Shown: one piece after another, positions 18,601 through 28,600 of the stretch
Layout of the letters: each line of letters opens with the position of its first letter
Numbering within the stretch: position 1 is the stretch's first letter
Source: a virus
Length of the DNA stretch: 64,000 bases
Virus record (IMG/VR): IMGVR_UViG_3300050343_000199
Coordinates: 32,001 to 96,000 of that record
Strand: one strand, 5' to 3'
The notes under the pieces: model-generated
Database searches by the model: none
Told to the model about the DNA's origin: nothing
Seen by the model: the letters and a program-made list of their open reading frames with translations, nothing else
Translations under genes and position numbers: made by a program

Positions 18601-21600
18601 ATCTAATAGTCTTTACTCCTGTTGAAAATCTCATTTCATCAGCATCAGTATCATATACAACTGTTTTGGTGTCACCAGTCCATGTTGCATTTTCTCTAGG
18701 TGGAAGACCAGCAGGAATTAAAATAATACCACTAGCATTACCATTTTCATCAGTCTTAACTTGACTGTTAAAAGATGATAAAGAATTTCCTGCAATACCA
18801 GTATATCTAAAATCTGGATTAATCCAACGGGAAATATCTCTACTCTCCATAAAGACTGAAATATTTGTATTTGGTTTCAGTCTACTAATGTTAAATTTAA
18901 CTGGAATACTTCTAGCAAAGAAAGATAACGAAGTTGAAATAACATTATTCCCTACGCCTTTAGTGGAAATACCTTTTCCAATTTCATTATTTTCTGGACT
19001 AATATTAGAAGAACTACCAACTGAAGCACTTGTTACTGAAGAATCTGATATGCTACTATTAACATCTGAGAATGATGCAATATTAAAGAACGACCTACTC
19101 GCACCTAACCAGTTAACTTTATACGAATTGTAGATACTTGAGAATGCATCCTTTAATTCATTTTTTGCTAAGAAAATTGAATATAGATTTGTGTTATTGT
19201 CATTTACTAATGGAGCAACACTTGTATCATACCAAGAGTCTACATTAGGTCCGACAAATGCATCACCAACGTACTGTAGGACAACAAATGGATTTGGATT
19301 AATAGTCTTTGTAGCAAAACTATTACCCAATAATTCTAATTCTGAATATGGTAATGTGACACGATCATTGTTTTTAACATAACCAGAAATAGATCTCTGG
19401 TCATCTCGCTGATTAACCTCAACTAAAGTAAAAGAATCCTCTTTTGATTGAGGTCTCATCACAGATTGCTGAGTATCAATAGAGCACTTATAATCAAGAG
19501 ATTGTAATGAACCAATTTTATGAGTTTCAAAATTATCTACGATAAACCCACTCTTAAATCTATTAACACCGGCAGCATCAATGATTTGCATATTTAATGC
19601 TTGCTGTTCTAATACACTTAATAGTGTATAATATTCAAGACGTTCAATACGCTTCTCTAACTTACCGATGTCACGCATCGTATAACGACGGTTATCAACA
19701 GGAGTAATTCTTACATCTTTACTGCTTTGTGTAAATGCAGGTACGTACATATAGTACAAAGGTACTGCATCACTAATTAAATCTGGTTTTGTTGGGTTTA
19801 GAGAAGAGTTACCTTCTTTAATAATAAACTCACCTTTTTTATTAAGGAATAATGCATCAATTCTGTCAAGATATTGAGTTTGAGTAAATGAGAATGTAAA
19901 CTCTAAATTAGAATCTGGGGCGGGAGTACTTGTAATAACTCCACCAGTTCCTGTGAAAGATCTAGTATTAGCAGCTGATAATAAAGCATTATCCTGGAAT
20001 CCAGAAATAATAGAATCGTTATCTACTTTAGGTCTATAATCAAGAACATCTTTTAATGAAATTTTACCTAACGTTGGTGAATTGAATGAAGGAATCTCTT
20101 CTGGTCCTACACCTGCTTCATGGAGGTAAGAATCAACTGTACAAAAATCTCCTCTCGTATGTTCAAAATAATCAAATGCAATTACCAACTGTCCAGATGG
20201 AGGATTAAACCCTGGTTTTAATACAATACGGGAAACGTCATAAACGGTATCTCTTTGACCATCGTCAAATGTAAATCTATTAGATACATCTATTCCACTA
20301 ACAAGATTTCCATTTCTATCAACAACAGGAGGTTCTGAAGAAGATCCTTCATAAACATATCTTAACTTGTATACATCAGCATAACTATAGATAGCAAGAC
20401 TTTCCGAGTCATAATCACTTCCTCTAAAAGGTATGATCATGTCTCCGGGAGAATCAATAATAATTCTCTTATTAACTACTGCAGTTTTTAATCTTGGTTT
20501 TGCTTTAGTTACTTCTAATGTTGCAGTTAATTTTAACGTCGGATATGCACCACCACTAGGAATTGATCCAAAATATGTTGATGCTAGATTTAGCATTACA
20601 CTACCAGAAGTTAATCCACTAGCAGAATCACTTGATGCTTTAATTATAACTTGATCTTGTGTAACATAAATGATATCACCTTCTGCAATATCAGGAGCAT
20701 CACCAGGATCCAAAACAGTAATTAAGAAATTACTTTCTGAGAATGAAACAAATCTTTGTGTTCCAAATGGGAGTTGAGCAGCAAAAGTAATTACTCCTGC
20801 GCCACCAACACCAGTAGCAACAAAATCTCTTCTTAAGAAATAAGCAATTTTTGAATCTTCGCTATCTACTACAATAGAACTTACTTGATTAGATCCAGTT
20901 TTATAAAGTAACGTTCCTTGATTGAAGTTTGAAATAGAAGGACGAACTCTAACAACACTACTATTACTTACATCTTGTGGTAAAGATCTATCAAGATAAA
21001 CTCTTGATTTTGAAACACCTTCTGGTTTTGTTGAATATTGTACAATTGATTTGATGATAGTATCTGTAGAATCTGAAAATTGAATTAAATCTCCTTGATT
21101 AACAAATTTAGTTGCATCTCCACCAAACCCATTACATTCAATATACTTTCTTCCTTTAGTACCACTAAAAGTAAAATTAGTAATAGACGTAATTTCTGCA
21201 AATTTTTCTTTATTGACCTCTACATCAGAAGTAAATTTATTAGCATTTCCTGATCCATACTCACAGAAAAATGATTTAACATTTTGTGGGGTATATGTAA
21301 CTACTGAATTTCTAACAAGAACTGGTGTAATTACAGATGCACTAGGAGTACCGCCACCGTCTCCTTGAATTACATTAATGACAGGAGGTTTTGCATATTC
21401 TTTTTTAAATAGTTCTCTGTTGGAAACAACTGCACTTACAATAGCACCACTTGCAATGTTTAAACTTACTTTGGATGAATCAAATTCAACACCATCAATT
21501 CTTAATTTTGATCCATCAACATAATTAGAACCTCTATTGTTTACAACGAAATGTGAAATTGTATTATCTTTTGCAACTCTCACTGAGTTGTTATCTTCAT

Positions 21601-23767
21601 CCCTAATAGTCTCTCCGGACATAAAGTTACCGAAAAGAGTCTTAACCATTAATGTTTTATTAGTTGTAAACTTACCATCAGATGGACCTTCTACAACTCC
21701 ATAAGCACCGCTTTCTAAACCATAAACATACTTACCAGATGAAAATCTACCATCTGCAACAATTTCTTCGTCTAATAAAATTTTAGTGAAGAACTGAGGG
21801 TCAAAATACGATAATCCAAATGTAGTATTATATACAGCATTACCGTTTGATAATCTACCTTTAGAAACTACTGAATCCGAATCTTCATTAAATCCAGATC
21901 CTCGTTCAATTAAAGTAAAATTACTTGGTTTAGCAAGACCAATTACCGGAGTGATTGTTTCATTATAATCAATAACAGTTCCAAATGGTGTAGAACCATT
22001 GATTGCATCATTTTCAGTTAAATAAACTTCCCTATAATTTGATCCTGCTGAAGTATCATACTCCAAGAAATAAGAATCTAGTAAATCTTTTCTTCCTGTA
22101 ATAGTAAGTTCTAAGAATGTTACTCCAGTACTTGAATTGACTTCAATTCTATTAACTTTTGAAAATGCTAAAGATTTTACAGAATTTACTACAGATGGTT
22201 CTCCAACATCAGTTCTTGTTTGTACAAACCATAAGGTTCCTAGAACTGATTCAAAATTAGCATCTGTTAAAGTTGAATATGTATTTGCATAGAATGTATC
22301 AATATTAATGTAAATGGTTTTAATACCAGAATTTACATCAAAAAACTGTCCTCTACGACTTAATGTTTGTTTTAAATCGTCATCTTCTTCTGTGTTGTTT
22401 AATCCAATACTACCATCATTAAAATTACTACACAGAAAAATATTAGGATATGCAGTTAGTTCTGAACCTTCTGCATTTAATGGAATCGTTCCAAATGTAT
22501 TTGTTACTTTGTAAGTAGGTAGACCTTTAGTACTGAGTCTAATATCTTCCCGATTTAAAGTTTCTCTTGCTTTACTAACATTAAGATACTTAGTTTCTTT
22601 ATTAACAATTTCATATCCTTTAATGTATGCTTTACCTGGTCCAATACTAGCAACTAGTTTTTCTTTTGCTGCTTGTAATTCTAAACCATTAACTAATCCA
22701 AATTCATCTTGACCATAAACACCTAGATTACCATTTTGCTGATAAAATTCACGGATATCTAATGAAAAATTATCAACTACATAATCTCCAGACTCATCAT
22801 AAGTTCTTCTCGCAAGAGTCTGTTCTAGTAAATTATAATCAGTTTGAGATACAATACTTTGTACAACTCCTGAACGAACTGTAAGGAGTTGGATAAAATT
22901 CTTATCTGTAATCTCAGATAAAGAATATTTTACAATGTTTAATACAATTTGAAGTCTATGTGCTCCGGGAGCAGTGTAGTTACTAGACCCAATAGAATTG
23001 TCATATAAAGATTCATCTTCTTCTGGAGTTATGATGCTTTCAACAATCTTAAATCCAATTTTTGCAGATGGTTTATTATAGTAACGATCAATAACTAATA
23101 GTTGAGTATTGTTTCTAACAAAATACCCATTGACAAAATAAATTCCTTCTTCTACTTTTATAGCAGAAGCATATCCCATAGCGGGACTTTCTAGAGATGT
23201 AACTTCCGAAGTATCAGGATTAGTTACTTCAATGCTTGTCGGAAGAACACTACCATCAGTTCCAACAACTAGTAAAGGTGTGTTGACTCCATCTACTACT
23301 TCTAGTGTTTCACCTTGTCGGAAAGTTTCTTCGTTTCCTGCATCACCACTATTAGTATAGTTTACATAGATGACATCAGAAGCAGTCTCAGACGCCGTGA
23401 ATGCCTCTATAACAGTAGCTACGACACCAGAGGTCAAACCTCTAAGAGTTTCCCCTTTGAGACCGCTAGCGTCGTATTTTTTATATATAATTTGCCCATC
23501 CTGATTTACAGGAATTTCTGAAATAGAAGACAACTTAACAAAGTTAAGTTTGGTATTTAAACCCACCTCACCAGGAATGACAAGTTCGCCTTGCTTAAAA
23601 GCGTACTTGCCAAACTGTTCAATCTGATTCTGTAGAATAGATTGTAACTGAGTTAACTCCCTTGCCTGAATAGAATATCCAGGACGGATTAAAACTTTAT
23701 AGAAATTTTTCTCTTGGTCAAAATCGTCGTAGAATGGAGCTACGTTCAGGTTAGTCTTTTGGGGCAT
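15650..23767 (-). CDS. vrlC: VrlC-like / DUF4815-family large virion structural protein (2705 aa)
   Basis: Diagnostic N-terminus MPQKTNLNVAPFYDDFD..KNFYKVL.RPG..IQARELTQLQSILQNQIE; RRTYDESGDY; RFKSGFIVDNF; follows gp8. Confidence 0.85.
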   Translation of the reverse strand: MPQKTNLNVAPFYDDFDQEKNFYKVLIRPGYSIQARELTQLQSILQNQIEQFGKYAFKQGELVIPGEVGLNTKLNFVKLSSISEIPVNQDGQIIYKKYDASGLKGETLRGLTSGVVATVIEAFTASETASDVIYVNYTNSGDAGNEETFRQGETLEVVDGVNTPLLVVGTDGSVLPTSIEVTNPDTSEVTSLESPAMGYASAIKVEEGIYFVNGYFVRNNTQLLVIDRYYNKPSAKIGFKIVESIITPEEDESLYDNSIGSSNYTAPGAHRLQIVLNIVKYSLSEITDKNFIQLLTVRSGVVQSIVSQTDYNLLEQTLARRTYDESGDYVVDNFSLDIREFYQQNGNLGVYGQDEFGLVNGLELQAAKEKLVASIGPGKAYIKGYEIVNKETKYLNVSKARETLNREDIRLSTKGLPTYKVTNTFGTIPLNAEGSELTAYPNIFLCSNFNDGSIGLNNTEEDDDLKQTLSRRGQFFDVNSGIKTIYINIDTFYANTYSTLTDANFESVLGTLWFVQTRTDVGEPSVVNSVKSLAFSKVNRIEVNSSTGVTFLELTITGRKDLLDSYFLEYDTSAGSNYREVYLTENDAINGSTPFGTVIDYNETITPVIGLAKPSNFTLIERGSGFNEDSDSVVSKGRLSNGNAVYNTTFGLSYFDPQFFTKILLDEEIVADGRFSSGKYVYGLESGAYGVVEGPSDGKFTTNKTLMVKTLFGNFMSGETIRDEDNNSVRVAKDNTISHFVVNNRGSNYVDGSKLRIDGVEFDSSKVSLNIASGAIVSAVVSNRELFKKEYAKPPVINVIQGDGGGTPSASVITPVLVRNSVVTYTPQNVKSFFCEYGSGNANKFTSDVEVNKEKFAEITSITNFTFSGTKGRKYIECNGFGGDATKFVNQGDLIQFSDSTDTIIKSIVQYSTKPEGVSKSRVYLDRSLPQDVSNSSVVRVRPSISNFNQGTLLYKTGSNQVSSIVVDSEDSKIAYFLRRDFVATGVGGAGVITFAAQLPFGTQRFVSFSESNFLITVLDPGDAPDIAEGDIIYVTQDQVIIKASSDSASGLTSGSVMLNLASTYFGSIPSGGAYPTLKLTATLEVTKAKPRLKTAVVNKRIIIDSPGDMIIPFRGSDYDSESLAIYSYADVYKLRYVYEGSSSEPPVVDRNGNLVSGIDVSNRFTFDDGQRDTVYDVSRIVLKPGFNPPSGQLVIAFDYFEHTRGDFCTVDSYLHEAGVGPEEIPSFNSPTLGKISLKDVLDYRPKVDNDSIISGFQDNALLSAANTRSFTGTGGVITSTPAPDSNLEFTFSFTQTQYLDRIDALFLNKKGEFIIKEGNSSLNPTKPDLISDAVPLYYMYVPAFTQSSKDVRITPVDNRRYTMRDIGKLEKRIERLEYYTLLSVLEQQALNMQIIDAAGVNRFKSGFIVDNFETHKIGSLQSLDYKCSIDTQQSVMRPQSKEDSFTLVEVNQRDDQRSISGYVKNNDRVTLPYSELELLGNSFATKTINPNPFVVLQYVGDAFVGPNVDSWYDTSVAPLVNDNNTNLYSIFLAKNELKDAFSSIYNSYKVNWLGASRSFFNIASFSDVNSSISDSSVTSASVGSSSNISPENNEIGKGISTKGVGNNVISTSLSFFARSIPVKFNISRLKPNTNISVFMESRDISRWINPDFRYTGIAGNSLSSFNSQVKTDENGNASGIILIPAGLPPRENATWTGDTKTVVYDTDADEMRFSTGVKTIRFTSSSTDAPKDEVDSYAEVKFYATGLLPENPSSIISTTPAFFKSNEGIQVTDSNTENPIKPNPLAQTFNVEGFEGGVFVTSVDLFFSAKSSTIPLRVYLTDTQSGKPGKNIIPGTQKILNPETYLRVFASETLTITKDEKVVGSSSNASGPISKVFDKNNTAVNASTTGIFTLTNDQVYTLVLSNHNGKLFKPDELLEVPSITESNNANNKTSSLKITKDSGRVTDLKVKNTGSDYDSAILTIESPQLPGGGNSTATVRVSDGKVYHTEIVLPGSEYTEPPAVIIGGTGTGNAGAEIESFITIDSPAVRMGIAIDEDGVTESTTPTNFKFDYPVYLESDTEYSMVVETDSTDYLIWASKLGETEIATSTTVTTQPALGSLFKSQNTNNWVEDLFEDVKFKLNRAEFDTSRTASLLLTNEDLGYEKLEINSVESNAESNTSATSTLFKNNNFILKINHPDNGFDSDKKSYVFFKNCLDVGGVAASQINSRLYQVHNTGIDYYNIFSSSRSSSNAFGGGDSILASYNRKFEKLHAVVPFLSFGSTEVTSFVQTTNVSPVDDNVNTFTSYSQTGYEKTFLNEDIFFINQKLIASRVNQTINNLDRSLTYKMDLSSSVSHLSPIIDLSRSTVKTITNKVENATGSEDRFGRKNQILEFYPVYNFIVSGIDTTTEIIQPNQTIAGSTTNASGEIIKVTGTTVYVKLKTTNAFTPGEQLSFSNQTFAGTTTVALSGASKEVFQIPNIIVPPTYVTARNPSVLADTYDNKITGKIVLWNEKSGKLTVVNDKQPISDDYTGKIIDSAAFTRNASVDAQNEDIFRVGDILSYQDQPNDEYNFIEISKITYSNGTDYVSDTQSKNSSSVAKYVTKEIAIENPGTSIDVKTTVNVSDIENIKILYRIKKSSSQENFDDIEWVYFNETGNPDVDVIASSENSISSISEKQDSYQELSYSIEDLPEFSSFAIKIVMKSSNPAYVPKVQDLRAVASY

Positions 23768-23792
23768 CTCGCACGATCTCTAAGTCAACTAA

Positions 23793-25559
23793 TCAGAATT
23801 CAATTACTAGCTTAATGTCCTCAATTTGGTCGGGAGCTCTAGTAATCTCTCTTCTATTCTCTATGTATACGATTTCTCCTGAGTTTGGTTCTAATTCAGG
23901 GGATGCAAGACCACCTGTAAATGAGATATCAGAAAGAACCGCATCCTGTGCAGTATCAACCGTTCCGGATGCTGAAGAGGTACTACCAACAACTGCATTT
24001 GATGCATTTGATTCAAATGCTAGAATTTTACCACCATCGGTGTGTAGAGATGCTGATTGATAATACTTCAAAATACCGTTTGTTGCATCCCAAGATACTA
24101 CAGTTCCTTTTGCAGTTCCTCCGGTTACAGTTTGAGTAATCATTTCATCTGCAACATAACCTGCAGTAGCACCATTTAATTTTAGTACTCTTGTACCACG
24201 AAGTGTGCTTGCAGATGCAAATGTACTAGTGCCATACTCATAAGGATCTTGAATAATACCAATACGACGGAAATCATTATCTACAGGGAAGTCTCCTTGT
24301 CCTTCATCATAGGTTAAGCGAATATTAGTCATTACACGCTTAGAAAAGAATTCATCTTCTGCGTGTGACCCATGTCCACCTTCTGGAGAAATAACTGCTT
24401 CAATTGAAGCAGTTCCTGCAAATGCACCAGCAGCTGCCGTGAGACCAGTATCGGTAAATACCGATCCAGTTTCAAGAATAATGTTACCATATGAGTAACC
24501 GGTGCCCTTCGCCTCTACTTCTGTAGATGTAATAGTTCCAGAACCATTAGTTTCAAATTTAATAATTGCTCCAGTACCATCACCCTGAACAGCAGTATAT
24601 AATGTAGCAGAAGCAGGTAATGCAGTTCCTGCATCACGAATTACTGATACATTAATAGATCCATCAACTGCAAGTGCTTCAACTGCAATTCTTGATGCAT
24701 CAGATGTAGAAGCAATAGGCATAAAGTCAGAAGAAAGGAATGAAAGAACATCACTCGTAGGAAGTGTGAACATATGCTTCCAAATGTAACCAGCAGTTGC
24801 TGCTGGTTCTGTGTAGATACCAGTACCAGCATCAAATGTACCCTGACCAGCACTTGGTTGAGATTTTGGTTCGTAGGTAGCGTTTTGTCCTGTTGGATTC
24901 GTGGGGGATTCGCCGTTATATAAACACTTAAACACTTCGTATGAAGAGTTCATTACATAGAACTTTGAATTAGATAGTGTAGAAGACCCTAGTGCAGTTT
25001 CAACGCCAATAGCTCCACCACCACCTGGTGTTGGAGAATAATTTGGACGATACATATCAAATTTTGGATTCAGCGCAAGGTTCCAGTTATAACGGGGAAC
25101 TACAAGACGAGCAAAGGGACCAGTAACTCTCTTGGCAGCAATGAGTTCTTCGTATACAGATCTTTTCTCGGAAAAATTATCCAATGGCATTGGAGGTACA
25201 TCTTCAGTACCGTATCTGTATGTACCACTCTTAGAAGTAGCACCACTAGTTGCACCAGTAATAGTAGTTCCAAATGATGGAGTTGTAGTTGCAGTCGGTA
25301 GAACGGTATTAAGTAGAAGGCTGTTAGAATATGCTGCAGCAACTACACCACTCCATCCACCGCCGCTTACAGTTTCTCCAACTTGAAATGTTCCACTTAC
25401 GTTGAAAATTTCTAAGTAAGCATCCCACCTAGAAGATCTTCCAACGAAGAAATACATTCTGGTACGCGCTGCATCTGCATCGTTCGTACCTTCTGATAAA
25501 GATTCTAGAAATTGCTTCGCATTGAAGATTCTAAATTTTTCTGAAATAATAGCTGCCAT
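23793..25559 (-). CDS. gp8: Baseplate wedge subunit gp8
   Basis: MAAIISEKFRIFNAKQFLESL; YVMNSSYEVFKCLYN; GYIWKHMFT; SGEIVYIENR..ITRAPDQIEDIKLVIEF; order gp25-gp6-gp7-gp8. Confidence 0.9.
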   Translation of the reverse strand: MAAIISEKFRIFNAKQFLESLSEGTNDADAARTRMYFFVGRSSRWDAYLEIFNVSGTFQVGETVSGGGWSGVVAAAYSNSLLLNTVLPTATTTPSFGTTITGATSGATSKSGTYRYGTEDVPPMPLDNFSEKRSVYEELIAAKRVTGPFARLVVPRYNWNLALNPKFDMYRPNYSPTPGGGGAIGVETALGSSTLSNSKFYVMNSSYEVFKCLYNGESPTNPTGQNATYEPKSQPSAGQGTFDAGTGIYTEPAATAGYIWKHMFTLPTSDVLSFLSSDFMPIASTSDASRIAVEALAVDGSINVSVIRDAGTALPASATLYTAVQGDGTGAIIKFETNGSGTITSTEVEAKGTGYSYGNIILETGSVFTDTGLTAAAGAFAGTASIEAVISPEGGHGSHAEDEFFSKRVMTNIRLTYDEGQGDFPVDNDFRRIGIIQDPYEYGTSTFASASTLRGTRVLKLNGATAGYVADEMITQTVTGGTAKGTVVSWDATNGILKYYQSASLHTDGGKILAFESNASNAVVGSTSSASGTVDTAQDAVLSDISFTGGLASPELEPNSGEIVYIENRREITRAPDQIEDIKLVIEF

Positions 25560-25595
25560 AGCACTAGTGCCTGTATAGTAAGACTGAATCCGAGT

Positions 25596-25613
25596 TATTT
25601 ATATTTATTTATA
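25596..25613 (-). promoter_or_regulatory. Three overlapping T4 late promoters (TATAAATA, AATAAATA, TATAAATA)
   Basis: tatttata at 25596-25603 and 25606-25613, tatttatt at 25602-25609, upstream of gp8. Confidence 0.85.
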
Positions 25614-28600
25614 GAGCGTTTCTTAAGTAGTCTCCTACTGTATGCAATGCGATAGGCGACCCGTCCGCGCCTCTTGTGCAGTTAATAAAACGATCTGATA
25701 ATTTAGATGTGTAGGAAATTTTTTCCCCACCAATTAAAATGGTTCCTGATGATGGGAATCTTGCAGTATTTGCGTAGACAACTTCTCCAGTAGCAATAAA
25801 TCCAGCATCACCCTGATCGGGTAGATCTGATGTATCTAATTGCGCCATATAATAGTTAATTGAAGAGTACCCTAAGTTAAATGGATACGCGGAAGAAGAA
25901 GAACCGTCAGAGATAATTTCGTATGGTTCTAGTTCAGCAAGTTGAACTTCTGATACTGGATCACCACTTGGAGCAATAATATCTCCAAGATCCATGAATA
26001 TGCTATTTTCCCAATGATTAATATTATTAAAGAATGTCAAATCAACAAGATCGGATGCCCACATTGAGAATCCAACTTCAAAATATTCAGTTACATTAAT
26101 AGATGTTGTAACTAAAATATTATCTGATACTAATTTGGGTTCAATAATAACTAAAATATCTGCATCTGCCTGTGTTGTAGGTCCTGCAATTGAAGTAGAT
26201 CCAGCAAATGGATTGAAGAATTTATATTCACGAGAGACTGTAAACAGAGGAGCAGTATCAACAATACTTTGAATAATTAGTGTAATATCAATGTATTCAT
26301 CTGTAATTGTTACAGAAGGATCTATAATAGCGACTGGTAGATCAATACCCTTAATGATATTAAAGAATGATGCTACTGCAACTGGAGAACTTTGCCCAAT
26401 TTGCGTTCCAATTCCAAGAGTATGAAAAGTATCAATTTTTCTACCAGAACTTTTGATTAAATCATAAGATCTTGCGGTAATTACTTTTGGTGATTTAGTA
26501 TATCCGGATCCTTTTTTAGTTAATACAATATCAACAATTTGACCACCAGAAACAACCACTTCAGCTCTTGCTCCACCACCTTCTTGATTTACGGAGACAA
26601 AATGTAAAATTGGAGGTGAATCATAATCATATGCAGTAGTTGGTTGAATAATACCTTCATCATATAATAATTGTAAATCTCTCCTATTCCATGTTACTTT
26701 AGAAACACTACCATTTTCTATTTCACACGTAACACTAAGACCTACACCTCGTACATTACCATTGTAGTTAGTAGTAGTTACAGAACCAAAGAAAGCATTT
26801 GATACATCTTGACCTGGATTATAATCCTTGGGATTGGTATATCTTGGTAATGCATTTATGGTTCTAAACTCTTTTTCGCCATCAATTCTAATGAGATCTT
26901 TTGCATTTAAATTAGCAAGGAGACGTTTTCTTTCGTAGAAAGACTCATCTGCACGTGGAGTTCCATACAACCAATTGCCGGAATTTCTCTGCATTCTATA
27001 ATCATTATTAGAATCTCTAATAACTTCTATAGTATCTGTAGTTTCACTCAACTCATACTCATCAGAAAAATCAGATTCTCCAGCAAAGAAGATATTGCTA
27101 GTATCTACATTTGGGTTGTTACCTGCTAATGTAATAATTAAAGTTTGACTAGTAGTTGTATAATTTTTAACATTACCAATAAACTTCTTAGTATTACCAA
27201 TTTTTTGATATGCAACTTGGAACTTATCATACGAAGTATTGAACCAAGAAATCCAATCAATAAAGTTATTTGGAGATCCTGCGTCACAAGTAATTTTAAT
27301 TTCGTTATAATAACTATTTCTTTGGAAATCAAATAATGTTACTGTTTGATCAATGTCTCTACCATACAGTAATATAATTTCAACATTGTTTTCTCTAAAG
27401 ATTTTTTTAGTAAATCTAATTGCTGGTCCCGTGATTGTGTAAGAAACACCATTACGTTGAAGGATACCATCTATGAATACATAAGCAAACTTAGGATCAT
27501 CAACAGTTTGTACTTTTTTATTTTTAGAATTTAAAATTAAGAATGGTCCACCAGAACCAGTTAAAATTCCAGATTTTTCAATTTCGCATCTAATGTAGTT
27601 ACCAACACCATGAGCAAAGAATTTTTCAACTGCTAAAGGTTCTTGGACAGTTTTTGTGTTTTCGTCCTGTCCCCAAATAGGTGGTGTGTCAAATACAACT
27701 TTATTTGGTACTGATGTTTTATCAATGGTATATGCAGGATCATGTTGTAATACACCGCTAAGTGCAATAAATAAATTTTCATTTATTTCAGTATCAACCG
27801 CAGTTCCATCTTCATAGTACAATTCAAATATTGTATTCTCTCCATTGATATAGTCTGGGTAAGATATTGTTGAAGTTTGAGGACCTGTTGTCAATGTCTC
27901 ACGTACATTTTCAAACAAAGAATCTAAAGCAGATGCTACTTCCTCACATTCTTTTAATTCACTTAAAAGTAATGGATCTGGAAGGATATTATAATTTGAA
28001 TATGAAGTGAAAGTAGTCCAATATCCTGTGGAATTTGAATTTTGTTCAACTGTATCTATTCTATTAGGTCCACCTTCCAAAATAGATTCAACAATATCAA
28101 TATAAGTTGTTATAGAACTAGCAACTTCAGCACATGCAGGTGAGGATGAATCAATACGAATACTATTATCTTTTACCGATCCCTGATTTCTCATTGCAAT
28201 AATCATTAAATCACGCAATACCTTATGAGCATAAACGGTTTCGTTAAGTTCATCTTTAATATAATTAAGATTTCCGTCAACAAAATAACTCTCTGCAAAC
28301 TCTACAATTTTTCTATTACCACCATACTTTAAACAATAATTTACTGCATCAACTAACAATCCAAGATCTCTAGAACATTTTGTGCTATAATTGGTAGATG
28401 CGAGAGAAAGATACTTTGTATTAATTGCATTGATTGTATCAGTAATCATACTGGACTTATTTTTTTCAATTAATGTTGATGCATCAAAATAAGTACCAAC
28501 ATTCAATCCACTCCAAATAAATGTCATGTCTGCATTACCAGATGGATCTGGTGTTACTGCAACTGAGTTATTACTTACTTGTATAGTTCTACCATCAATA